Of a stretch of DNA of 53,676 nucleotides, positions 44,343 through 52,818 are shown one piece after another (within the stretch, counting starts at the first letter, position 1; every line of letters begins with the position of its first letter). Below the pieces are notes generated by a model. That model did no database searches and was not told where the DNA came from. It saw only the letters and a list, made by a program, of their open reading frames with translations. Source of the DNA: Candidatus Magasanikbacteria bacterium RIFCSPLOWO2_12_FULL_43_12 (GTDB lineage: Bacteria; Patescibacteriota; Patescibacteriia; Magasanikbacterales; UBA922); contig MFQN01000007.1 of the NCBI GenBank assembly GCA_001783065.1, positions 1 through 53,676 on the forward strand, read 5' to 3'. A program made the position numbers and the translations under genes.

Positions 44343-44455
44343 GTCATTGCGAGGAGGAGCTCGCGCGATCCCTCTCATTCACTCGGGACAGGCTCCGCAA
44401 TCCAGTCGCCAATTGACGATGGATTGCTTCGCTCCCTTGGGTCGCTCGCAATGAC
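44343..44455. repeat. nested-palindrome element, copy F (longest, 113 bp)
   Basis: CTGTCATTGCGAGGAGGAGCTCGCGCG...GGATTGCTTCGCTCC...GCTCGCAATGACAG. It is intergenic between mtnP and apt. Confidence 0.85.
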
Positions 44456-44481
44456 AGACAGTTTAACTATCCACAAGCTAT

Positions 44482-45015
44482 ATGCCGAACTCGTTAAAAG
44501 AAAAAATCCGCACTATCCCCAACTGGCCGAAACCGGGTATTATGTTCCGCGACATTACCACCCTGCTTCAAGACAGCAAGGGATTTAAACATCTGATTGA
44601 TTTGTTACACGAAAGATACAAAAATTTTTCCATCAGCAAAATAGCCGGAATTGAAGCGCGCGGTTTTATTATCGGATCCGCTTTGGCCGACCGGCTTGGC
44701 ATCGGATTTATCCCGGTGCGAAAAAAAGGCAAACTGCCGGCGGAGACGATTCAAGAAGAATATGAAAAAGAATACGGCCCGGATATTATTGAAATCCACA
44801 AAGACGCGATTAATTCCGGTGAAAAAATTTTACTCATTGACGATTTAATCGCCACCGGCGGCACAGCTCTCGCCGCCTGCAAACTGATTAAAAAAGCCGG
44901 CGGCGACATTGTTGAGTGCGGTTTTGTCGTTGATTTGCCGGAGTTGGGCGGGAGTAAAAAAATTGAAGACGCTGGTTTCAAGACTTTCCATTTGGTGGAA
45001 TTTGAGGGGGAGTAA
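44482..45015 (+). CDS. apt: adenine phosphoribosyltransferase
   Basis: 177 aa. It has IPNWPKPGIMFRDITTLL, GIEARGFI and the PRPP motif ILLIDDLIATGGT. Confidence 0.9.
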   Translation: MPNSLKEKIRTIPNWPKPGIMFRDITTLLQDSKGFKHLIDLLHERYKNFSISKIAGIEARGFIIGSALADRLGIGFIPVRKKGKLPAETIQEEYEKEYGPDIIEIHKDAINSGEKILLIDDLIATGGTALAACKLIKKAGGDIVECGFVVDLPELGGSKKIEDAGFKTFHLVEFEGE

Positions 45016-45076
45016 AAATAAAATCCCCTGTCAAGAGGGACTTTATGACTTTACAAACTTTAAGGACTTTATAGAC

Positions 45077-45403
45077 TCACTTCTTCTTTTTCTTCTCTCC
45101 CCTCTCTTCCAACTTGTTCGCCAATTTATTGACCACGAACTTTTCCACCAAATTCGCCACCATGGTGCTCACCACTCCCATACTGCTGGAAAGGCCGTCA
45201 ACTTTTTTACGGATAAATTCCACCGCGTCGGTAATCAGCTCTAATTTTTGCGTTAAATTTTCTATAATCCGATTGGCATTGCGCAAAACCCGCGCGGCTT
45301 GATACAGCAGCCAACACAAAAATACCGTGAACCACAAAATACTAAACGCGGAAACGATGTATAAAAGATCTGAACTTGTTTCTAACATATTTCCTCCGTT
45401 CAC
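45077..45403 (-). CDS. small membrane-anchored coiled-coil protein, function unknown
   Basis: 108 aa. It has one TM segment (LLYIVSAFSILWFTVFLCWLLY) and a Lys-rich tail. Confidence 0.45.
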   Translation of the reverse strand: MNGGNMLETSSDLLYIVSAFSILWFTVFLCWLLYQAARVLRNANRIIENLTQKLELITDAVEFIRKKVDGLSSSMGVVSTMVANLVEKFVVNKLANKLEERGEKKKKK

Positions 45404-45468
45404 TAACGCCGGCAGGCGGCATTCGTGAGTTAAAAATTTATTTTCTTTGTTTATTCGTCATGTTTATA

Positions 45469-47967
45469 TTATAACACACATCGCACTTCTGCTTCAAACT
45501 TCTTCTTTAACACTTCGCCTACTTTCGCGTGCGCCGCGTCAACTTCCGCGGATTCAAGCGTTCGATCATCCGAACGATAAGTGATGTGATACGCTAAACT
45601 TTTTTTACCCGCCGGTAAATTCTTGCCTTCATAAACATCAAACAATTCCACGCCGACAATTAACCTATCAATTTTTTTAAGCTCAAAAACAATCCGCGCG
45701 TGTTCAATTTTTTTATCAACCATAAAAGCGATGTCGCGGACGACAGACGGATATTGAGATATTTTGTGATATTGGATATTATCGTTAACCAACGAAAGCA
45801 GTTTGTCTAAATCCAATTCGGCAACAGCAACTCGCGAATCCACACCCAAACGTTCGGAAAACGACGGACTAATTTCGGTAATCGCGCCTATGCCTTCGCC
45901 ACTTACTAAAATTTGCGCCTGCCTGCCCCTGTGGATAACTTTGCCCAGCTCATGCGTCGCAGGCTTAAATTCAGCCGCACAGCCCAAACGTTCAAATACA
46001 CCCGCTAAAGCATTGGAAAGCTCATAAAAAGGCGTTAAAACGCCCTTGCCGGCAAAAACCAGACCTAAATACAACGGCTGACCGGGCAGAAGCTCATCGC
46101 TGTTACCGGAAACTCGCAGTCCTGAAATCTCGGAATTAAATACTTTGCCGATTTCAAACATCTTTACCTCGTCAAAACGATGCAAATTCATTTCCGCGTT
46201 TTCCAGCAAGCCCGGCCACAAACTGCGGCGCAAAAACGGACGGTCTTCGGCTACCGGATTATCTAACTCTATTAAACCAGCGGAGTCAATGCCCAATCTC
46301 TCCAATAACTGCGGCGACACGAAAGAATAATTATAAACTTCGCTAAAACCAAATTCCAGCGCCAAAATTTCTTTTATTGTTCTTTCTAATGCCAGTAGCT
46401 CGTTTTTGGACGGAGGGACAATCGGAAACTTTGGCAAAGATGCGGGGATATTGCCATAACCATAAACCCGCGCCACTTCCTCAATTAGATCCTCGGCGAT
46501 GGAAATATCTTTAGTCGCGCGCCAAGTCGGAATTTTAACTAACAGAACGCCCTTCTTTTCTTTAACTTCAAAACCTAAATTGGCTAAAATTTTAATTGCT
46601 TCTTTTTTATCTATTTCCACCCCGATTTTTTTATGTAAAAACTCCAGCGGCAACTCAATCGGCCCTTGCTGAAGATGAAAATCTTTCACATCAACTATTT
46701 TGCTCGCGATTTTGGCTCCCGGACACAGTTCCAGTGTCAGCTCAATCGCTTTTCGCATGGCCAGTTCGCAATTATTAGGATCCAAACTTTTCTCAAACCG
46801 CGCCGAGCTGTCAGTGCGCAAACCAAGCCGAGTTGATGTCTTGCGAATGGACGAGGCATCAAAATTCGCCGATTCATAAATTATGGCTGTTGTCTCATTA
46901 CCAATCCCGCTTTCCAGCCCGCCAATCACCCCGGCTAAGGCAATCGCTTTTTCTTTATTGGCAATCACCAAATTCTCACTTTTCAACTCATACTCAATAC
47001 CATCCAAAGTCGTAAACTTCTCTCCATCCTTCGCTCGCCTCACCGTAATCTCTGACTTTACAGACTTTATGGACTTTAGGACTTTGGACTCATCAAACGC
47101 ATGCATCGGTTGTCCCAAATCCAACATTATATAATTTGTAATATCCACTATATTGTTAATCGGCCGCAGACCAACTGCCAGCAATTTTTTCTGCAGCCAA
47201 TCCGGCGATGACGCGATTTTTATCCCATCAATCGCCACCGCCATATATCGCGGGCACAGCTTTTTATCCTCAACATCAATTTGTAATTTATAATTTTGAA
47301 TTTGTTTGTTTCTTGTATCTTGTTTCTTTGTTTTTTTAATTGGATACGCTATGAGCGCTTTTTTGAACAGCGCGGCAACTTCTCTCGCCATTCCATAATG
47401 CCCCCACAAATCCGGCCTGTTGGACAAACTCTTGTTGTCAATTTCAAAAATGACGTCGTCCATGCCCAGCACCTTCGCCAATTCGTAGCCTAATTTCCAA
47501 TTTCCAATATCCAATATCTCGCTCAGGTCTAATATCTCTTTCTCTTCTTTCAATGGGAACCTGTCGCCCAACCCAATCTCGGTTGACGCGCAAATCATGC
47601 CAAATGATTCCACGCCGCGAATTTTTGCCTTCGCCAATACAACCAATTCGCCTTCCCCATGCCAGCGCACTTTCGCGCCAATTCTGCCAAATGCAACTTT
47701 CATCCCCTCTTTCACATTTGAACCGCCGCAAACCACCTGCCAATCCTGCGCGCCGTCATTAACTGTGCAAACTTTTAATTTATCGGCGTCAGGATGTTTG
47801 ACAACTTTTTTTACCAAACCGACAACGATGCTTTTCAAATCTTTCCCCTGTCGTTCAACTTTTTCTACTTCAACTGTAGACAATTTTAACTTTTCCGCAA
47901 TCTCTTCAGGCGTAGTAGAACTTGGCAAACCAGTATATTGTTTTAACCAGTTGAAAGAAATTAACAT
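45469..47967 (-). CDS. pheT: phenylalanine--tRNA ligase beta subunit
   Basis: 832 aa. It has MLISFNWLKQY, a tRNA-binding domain (VCTVNDGAQDWQVVCGGSNV), and B3/4, B5 and FDX-ACB regions. Several simple-repeat-derived segments are present. Confidence 0.9.
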   Translation of the reverse strand: MLISFNWLKQYTGLPSSTTPEEIAEKLKLSTVEVEKVERQGKDLKSIVVGLVKKVVKHPDADKLKVCTVNDGAQDWQVVCGGSNVKEGMKVAFGRIGAKVRWHGEGELVVLAKAKIRGVESFGMICASTEIGLGDRFPLKEEKEILDLSEILDIGNWKLGYELAKVLGMDDVIFEIDNKSLSNRPDLWGHYGMAREVAALFKKALIAYPIKKTKKQDTRNKQIQNYKLQIDVEDKKLCPRYMAVAIDGIKIASSPDWLQKKLLAVGLRPINNIVDITNYIMLDLGQPMHAFDESKVLKSIKSVKSEITVRRAKDGEKFTTLDGIEYELKSENLVIANKEKAIALAGVIGGLESGIGNETTAIIYESANFDASSIRKTSTRLGLRTDSSARFEKSLDPNNCELAMRKAIELTLELCPGAKIASKIVDVKDFHLQQGPIELPLEFLHKKIGVEIDKKEAIKILANLGFEVKEKKGVLLVKIPTWRATKDISIAEDLIEEVARVYGYGNIPASLPKFPIVPPSKNELLALERTIKEILALEFGFSEVYNYSFVSPQLLERLGIDSAGLIELDNPVAEDRPFLRRSLWPGLLENAEMNLHRFDEVKMFEIGKVFNSEISGLRVSGNSDELLPGQPLYLGLVFAGKGVLTPFYELSNALAGVFERLGCAAEFKPATHELGKVIHRGRQAQILVSGEGIGAITEISPSFSERLGVDSRVAVAELDLDKLLSLVNDNIQYHKISQYPSVVRDIAFMVDKKIEHARIVFELKKIDRLIVGVELFDVYEGKNLPAGKKSLAYHITYRSDDRTLESAEVDAAHAKVGEVLKKKFEAEVRCVL

Positions 47968-48010
47968 ATTTTATCTGTGTAATCTTTTTTTAATCAGTTT
48001 AAATCAATGC

Positions 48011-49072
48011 TTAAAACTGTCTCAAAAATCTCAAATCCCCGCTTTTTAAAATACGAATTTCATCAATGCCATACTTCAGCATCACCAGCCTATCCAGCCC
48101 GAACCCAAACGCAAAACCTTGATACTTTTTTATGTCAATACCACCCTCTCTCAAAACATTCGGATGAATCATGCCCGCGCCAAAAATTTCCAGCCAGCCG
48201 CTTTGTTTGCAAACGCGGCAACCTTTCCCGGCGCACAAAAAACAAGTTACTTCGCCGTTAACGCCGGGTTCAACAAACGGATAAAATTTGGGCCGCAATC
48301 TGATTTCAATTTTATCACCATAAAGATGTTTGGCGACCACATCTAAAACTCCCTTGAGGTGAGAAAAATTTATATTTTCATCAATGACAAAACCCTCCAG
48401 CTGTTGTATCGTGTGTTCATGCCGCGCGTCAGTGGCTTCATTTCTAAACACTCTGCCCGGGACGACCACGCGCAACGGAGCGCCATATTTCTGCATCGCC
48501 CGCGCCTGCATTGGCGAAGTATGGGTGCGCATCACCCAACTGTTAGAGTTTTTTCCGCCCGAAGCGGATCCGCCTTGGGCGGAAATATAAAAAGTATCCT
48601 GCATGTCGCGCGCCGGATGATCGGCCGGGATATTCAGCGCTTCAAAATTATAATACTCGCTTTCCAGCTCCGGCCCATCAAGCGCCATAAAACCCATGGA
48701 AGTAAACAAATCTTCCAAATCATTCTGTACTAAAGTGTTAGGATGCAGATGCCCGCGTTCTTTACCAGGCAATTTTGGTTGAGTAACATCAATTTTTTCT
48801 CTTTCTAAAATATCTCCCATCTCCGATACTTTAATTTCTTCTTTTTTCTTTGCAAACACCTCTTCCAGTTCTCGCTTGACTTCATTCGCCAACTTGCCAA
48901 ACTCTTGCCGCGCCTCACCTGAAAGATCTTTCAAATTTTTCATTATCTGCGTCAACTCGCCGGAACGGCGCGAAAAAAATCTTTGCTCCAGTTCTTCCAA
49001 CTGCAAAGCGTCCTTGACTTCCGTCACAGCATTAAAAAAATCTTTTTTAATTTTTTCTAGTTGATTCTTCAT
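48011..49072 (-). CDS. pheS: phenylalanine--tRNA ligase alpha subunit
   Basis: 353 aa. It has HPARDMQDTFY, MRTHTSPMQ and FGFGLDRLVMLKYGI. Confidence 0.9.
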   Translation of the reverse strand: MKNQLEKIKKDFFNAVTEVKDALQLEELEQRFFSRRSGELTQIMKNLKDLSGEARQEFGKLANEVKRELEEVFAKKKEEIKVSEMGDILEREKIDVTQPKLPGKERGHLHPNTLVQNDLEDLFTSMGFMALDGPELESEYYNFEALNIPADHPARDMQDTFYISAQGGSASGGKNSNSWVMRTHTSPMQARAMQKYGAPLRVVVPGRVFRNEATDARHEHTIQQLEGFVIDENINFSHLKGVLDVVAKHLYGDKIEIRLRPKFYPFVEPGVNGEVTCFLCAGKGCRVCKQSGWLEIFGAGMIHPNVLREGGIDIKKYQGFAFGFGLDRLVMLKYGIDEIRILKSGDLRFLRQF

Positions 49073-49137
49073 AAAGATACTAATTTTTAGGTTGAAAGCT
49101 ATCCTTTGTTTTTACCTTTTTCTTTCGCCCTTTCTCT

Positions 49138-49572
49138 TTAAAAAAAAGCCTGTGCGCTCTCTTTTGTTCTATTTTTTCCATATTTCTCATTAACTGCTCC
49201 AGCAATTCTTCTATAATCAGGCTGACCTTTGTGTGGACCGGCAACAGCGATACGATATTCCGGTAGGCCAATCAAACGTCTTGCGAAATCTCCTTCACTC
49301 ACACCATCAACTATTTTATTTTCCCAACTATCTACACGCGCAGCGTTTGCTCGTGCCGAAACTTCTTTTCGTTCTGCATCTGACAAACTAAATCGTTTCT
49401 TGGCCGCCTTACCGGCTTTAACTTTATTTTCGCGACGATGAACACTGGCTCTTTTTTCCGGTGTCATGCCCCAGAGACCTTTTTTTTCTTCATACACTTC
49501 TTTGCCAACCCTGCTTCTTACTGTGTGTAACCGAGGACCAAACACATCGCGACGTTGTTCTGATGTAAGCAA
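49138..49572 (-). CDS. hypothetical basic protein; possibly the 3' part of a frameshifted gene
   Basis: 144-aa ORF beginning at TTG. It has repeated (L/M)(T/S)xE(Q/K/R)R motifs and lies in a different frame from the overlapping 49518-49799 ORF. Confidence 0.35.
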   Translation of the reverse strand: MLTSEQRRDVFGPRLHTVRSRVGKEVYEEKKGLWGMTPEKRASVHRRENKVKAGKAAKKRFSLSDAERKEVSARANAARVDSWENKIVDGVSEGDFARRLIGLPEYRIAVAGPHKGQPDYRRIAGAVNEKYGKNRTKESAQAFF

Positions 49573-49799
49573 TGTTTGTAGTGCTCTCTTAACAATACTA
49601 GAGCTATTGTCCCCGTCACCCCATAGAGCTCTGAAACACCGTACTTACTAGCAATTTCAACCGCAGACATGTTCTGTGCATCTTCTACGATTTGCGGGTA
49701 TTCTAAAGCAAACTGCGGAGCGCATTCGTTGACCTTTTGTAACGCAAATCTTTCTTTTTCGCTTAGCCTCGATTGTTCTGAAAACCCGCTCTCTGTCAT
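49518..49799 (-). CDS. hypothetical protein with an HTH-like segment; possibly the 5' part of a frameshifted gene
   Basis: MTESGFSEQSRLSEKERFALQKV...MSAVEIASKYGVSELYGV. The track start at 49820 lies in a TTAGTAT array. Confidence 0.35.
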   Translation of the reverse strand: MTESGFSEQSRLSEKERFALQKVNECAPQFALEYPQIVEDAQNMSAVEIASKYGVSELYGVTGTIALVLLREHYKHCLHQNNVAMCLVLGYTQ

Positions 49800-49847
49800 A
49801 TTAGTATCCATTAGTATCATTAGTACTCTATTAGTATATTAGTAATA

Positions 49848-50984
49848 TTATTTGATCAACCCCCAAATATCCCTCCCAGTCACCGCGACAATCAAAATCA
49901 TCAACAAAACAAAACCAATGGTATGGGCAAACTGTTCATATTTCATCGGCAATGGCCGGCGGATGATTTTTTCAATCAAAATAAACAGGATGCGGCCGCC
50001 GTCCAGAGCCGGAATCGGCAAAATATTTATCGCGGCAAGTGATAGCGAAATCATGGCGGTAACATTAATTAAATAACTGATTCCCAACCGCGCGCTTTGG
50101 CCAACCATTACCGCGATTCCGACCGGCCCTGACACTTCAAACATCAATCCTTGTCCTAAAATCAAATTTTTTATCAGTAAATAAAAAGCAATAAAAATAT
50201 TTATTAACCCGATACCAGCGGCAATAAAACCTTTATACAGAGCGATATACCACGGATAGCGCACGATGCCGGCGTCAGCGAGCATTACTCCCAAACGAGG
50301 GCTGCCCTCTCCTGGTTTGACTAAACGGGGTGTCATTTTTAATTCAGTTTGCGTGCCGCCTCTTTCAACTAACAACAACATTTCTTTTTCAAAATTCGCT
50401 TGAACATAGTCAACCATGCCTTCCGAACTCTTGATTTCCTGCCCATCTATCTTCAAAATCCGATCGCCGAATTTAATACCAGCTTCCTCAGCCGGCGAGG
50501 CCTTATCAACTGCTTGCACCATTACCTGCGCTTGTTCAACTATCACAGCATACTTACCAGGATCAACCGACAAGTCGGTCGGCAAACCAATCATAAAACC
50601 AAAAGATAAAAGCGCTCCGGCCAAAACTACATTCATTGTCACGCCGGCGGCCAAAACCACTGCCCGTTTCCAGGCTTTCTGAAAACCAAAACTGTCAGGT
50701 TCATTGGCCTGGCCACCATCTTCGCCTTTAATACGAACAAATCCGCCGAGGGGCAACAGATTTAAAGAATAAACCGTGGTCGGAATTTCTTCTTTCTCCT
50801 TTCCAAATTTCCAAACTAATTTTTTTGTATCCGAATCCCTGTAAACACCCATGACCCGCGGCGGAAAACCAAAGCCAAACTCAAAAACTTTCATACCTGA
50901 TTTGCGGGCAGTGATAAAATGGCCGAATTCATGAACCAGAACCAGTAGACCGAGGATTAAGATAAAGATAATAATTGTTAACAT
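49848..50984 (-). CDS. rseP: RIP (site-2) zinc metalloprotease
   Basis: 378 aa. It has HEFGHF in TM1, a central PDZ-like segment, and C-terminal NILPIPALDGG. Confidence 0.85.
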   Translation of the reverse strand: MLTIIIFILILGLLVLVHEFGHFITARKSGMKVFEFGFGFPPRVMGVYRDSDTKKLVWKFGKEKEEIPTTVYSLNLLPLGGFVRIKGEDGGQANEPDSFGFQKAWKRAVVLAAGVTMNVVLAGALLSFGFMIGLPTDLSVDPGKYAVIVEQAQVMVQAVDKASPAEEAGIKFGDRILKIDGQEIKSSEGMVDYVQANFEKEMLLLVERGGTQTELKMTPRLVKPGEGSPRLGVMLADAGIVRYPWYIALYKGFIAAGIGLINIFIAFYLLIKNLILGQGLMFEVSGPVGIAVMVGQSARLGISYLINVTAMISLSLAAINILPIPALDGGRILFILIEKIIRRPLPMKYEQFAHTIGFVLLMILIVAVTGRDIWGLIK

Positions 50985-51009
50985 AGCCCATGATAGATAT
51001 AGAATCTCA

Positions 51010-51147
51010 TTTTAATTTCTAATTTTCAATTTGTAATTTTTAAACAATTTTTAATGTTTTAATTTTCAATTCTTGACCGTTCGAAAACTGAAAATTGTAG
51101 GATTTAGAAATTGTTTAAAAATTGAAAATTAGAAATTGAAAATTAAA
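51010..51147. repeat. large imperfect nested palindrome built from GAAAATT/AATTTTC heptamers
   Basis: Left arm TTTTAATTTCTAATTTTCAATTTGTAATTTTTAAACAATTT; right arm AAATTGTTTAAAAATTGAAAATTAGAAATTGAAAATTAAA; inner pair AATTTTCA...TGAAAATT around TTCGAA. Confidence 0.75.
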
Positions 51148-51185
51148 CCTCTTTTTATTGAATACCGCTTGCGTCCAAATTTACC

Positions 51186-51214
51186 TTGTGTCTCTTTACA
51201 GTCCATGCTATAAT
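51186..51214 (+). promoter_or_regulatory. extended -10 promoter for lemA-htpX
   Basis: TGCTATAAT spans 51206-51214, with a weak -35 (TTGTGT, 51186-51191) 17 nt upstream. Confidence 0.55.
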
Positions 51215-51279
51215 ATCCTTAAGATTATACTCCAATAGTCTAAATTATTCAAGTCTAATTTTTAATTAACTAAATCTAT

Positions 51280-51843
51280 ATGACACTCACCTATGTCATT
51301 ATAGCTGTTGTGGCAATAGCGGCCATCTGGATCGTCGCCCTATACAACGGCCTCATCCGCCTGCGCAACCGAACTAAGGAAGCGTGGAGCGACATTGACG
51401 TGCAATTAAAACGCCGTCATGATTTAATCCCGAATTTAATCAACAGCGTCAAGGGATACATGCAACATGAACGAGGATTGTTGGAGGACATCACCAAAGC
51501 GCGTTCGCAAGCCATGTCAGCGCAACAGGCTGGCAATACCGCTGAATTGGCCAAAGCCGAAAGCATGCTTGGCGGCATGTTAGGTAAGTTGCAAATCGCG
51601 GTGGAAGCTTATCCGGATCTGAAAGCCAATCAAAATGTCGGCCAGTTGATGGACGAACTTTCCGACACGGAAAACAAAATCCAAGCCTCTCGCAGATTTT
51701 ACAATGGCATGGTGCGTGATTTCAATACGAAAATTGAAGTCTTCCCAAACAACTTCTTCGCCAATACGCTGAAATTCACCAAGTATGAATTCTTTGAGAT
51801 TGAAGACGAGAAAGAGAGGGAGATTGTGGAAGTTAAATTGTAA
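51280..51843 (+). CDS. lemA: LemA family protein
   Basis: 187 aa. An N-terminal TM segment is followed by YNGLIRLRNRTKEAWSDIDVQLKRRHDLIPNL and YPDLKAN, the typical LemA signature. Confidence 0.85.
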   Translation: MTLTYVIIAVVAIAAIWIVALYNGLIRLRNRTKEAWSDIDVQLKRRHDLIPNLINSVKGYMQHERGLLEDITKARSQAMSAQQAGNTAELAKAESMLGGMLGKLQIAVEAYPDLKANQNVGQLMDELSDTENKIQASRRFYNGMVRDFNTKIEVFPNNFFANTLKFTKYEFFEIEDEKEREIVEVKL

Positions 51844-51921
51844 GGGCTTACAAAGCCATAAAAGCTTACAATGCTCACAAGGCCTCGTAAGCCTTGTCAG
51901 CCTTGTCAGCCTCGTAAGCCT
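51844..51921. repeat. 9-mer based tandem array (GCCTCGTAA / GCCTTGTCA units in ABBA order, preceded by GCTTACAA-like units)
   Basis: GCCTCGTAAGCCTTGTCAGCCTTGTCAGCCTCGTAAGCCT lies between lemA and the htpX start. Confidence 0.7.
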
Positions 51922-51927
51922 ATAATT

Positions 51928-52818
51928 ATGTACTCCCAAATCGACTCCAATAAACGCAAAACTATCTTGCTAGTCGCCATCTTCCTCGTTTTTATCATCG
52001 CCCTTGGTTGGTTTATCGGGGTGTATTTGAATTACGGCTACGGTATTTTAGTGTTCGCGGTTGTATTTTCTGTTTTGACATCGCTCGTGAGCTATTACAA
52101 AGGCGACAGCTTTGCTCTATCGTCAACCAAAGCGCGGCTGACAAAGAAAGAAGATAATCCGTATGTTTACCGAATGGTGGAAAATCTTTGCATTACCGCG
52201 GGAACGCCAACGCCGAAAGTATATATTATTGACTCCCCAGCTCTCAACGCTTTTGCCACCGGACGAGACCCGCAACACGCTTCCATCGCTCTGACAACCG
52301 GAATCATCAGCGCTTTAAAAAATGAAGAACTGGAGGGCGTTATCGCGCACGAACTGTCGCATATTAAAAATTACGACATCCGTTTGATGACAATCGTCGT
52401 GGTACTGGTTGGAATGATCGCGTTAATTTCAAATTTTTTCTTCCGCGCCAGATTGTTCGGCGGCAAACGCGATTCTAATAACCGCGGCGGAGGTGGACAG
52501 CTAGGCGGAATAATTATGATAATTGGTTTGGTCTTGCTAATCTTGTCGCCAATAATCGCCGAGTTGATTAAACTCGCAATCTCCCGCAAACGGGAGTATT
52601 TGGCTGACGCGTCAGGCGCGCTATTAACTCGTTATCCTGAAGGTTTGGCGCGCGCGCTGGAAAAAATTTCTCAATCAAACATTCCGCTCGCCACCGCTTC
52701 CTCGGCCACCGCGCATTTATTTATTTCCAATCCGCTTAAGTCTGGCGGTTTCTCCAAATTGTTTTCCACCCATCCGCCGATAGAAGAAAGGATTAGGAAA
52801 TTAAGAGGAACGACGTAA
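51928..52818 (+). CDS. htpX: M48 family zinc metalloprotease
   Basis: It has HELSHIKNYD (HExxH), two TM pairs and C-terminal EYLADASGA. The start is taken as MYSQIDSNKRK, because the track start at 51871 lies in the 9-mer array. Confidence 0.85.
   Translation: MYSQIDSNKRKTILLVAIFLVFIIALGWFIGVYLNYGYGILVFAVVFSVLTSLVSYYKGDSFALSSTKARLTKKEDNPYVYRMVENLCITAGTPTPKVYIIDSPALNAFATGRDPQHASIALTTGIISALKNEELEGVIAHELSHIKNYDIRLMTIVVVLVGMIALISNFFFRARLFGGKRDSNNRGGGGQLGGIIMIIGLVLLILSPIIAELIKLAISRKREYLADASGALLTRYPEGLARALEKISQSNIPLATASSATAHLFISNPLKSGGFSKLFSTHPPIEERIRKLRGTT

Noticed and set aside
18911-44455. The possibility that the recurring palindromic repeats form a CRISPR array.
   Set aside because: The copies are kilobases apart, 90-113 bp long and internally palindromic. 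They are not interleaved with uniform spacers, and there are no cas genes in the window.
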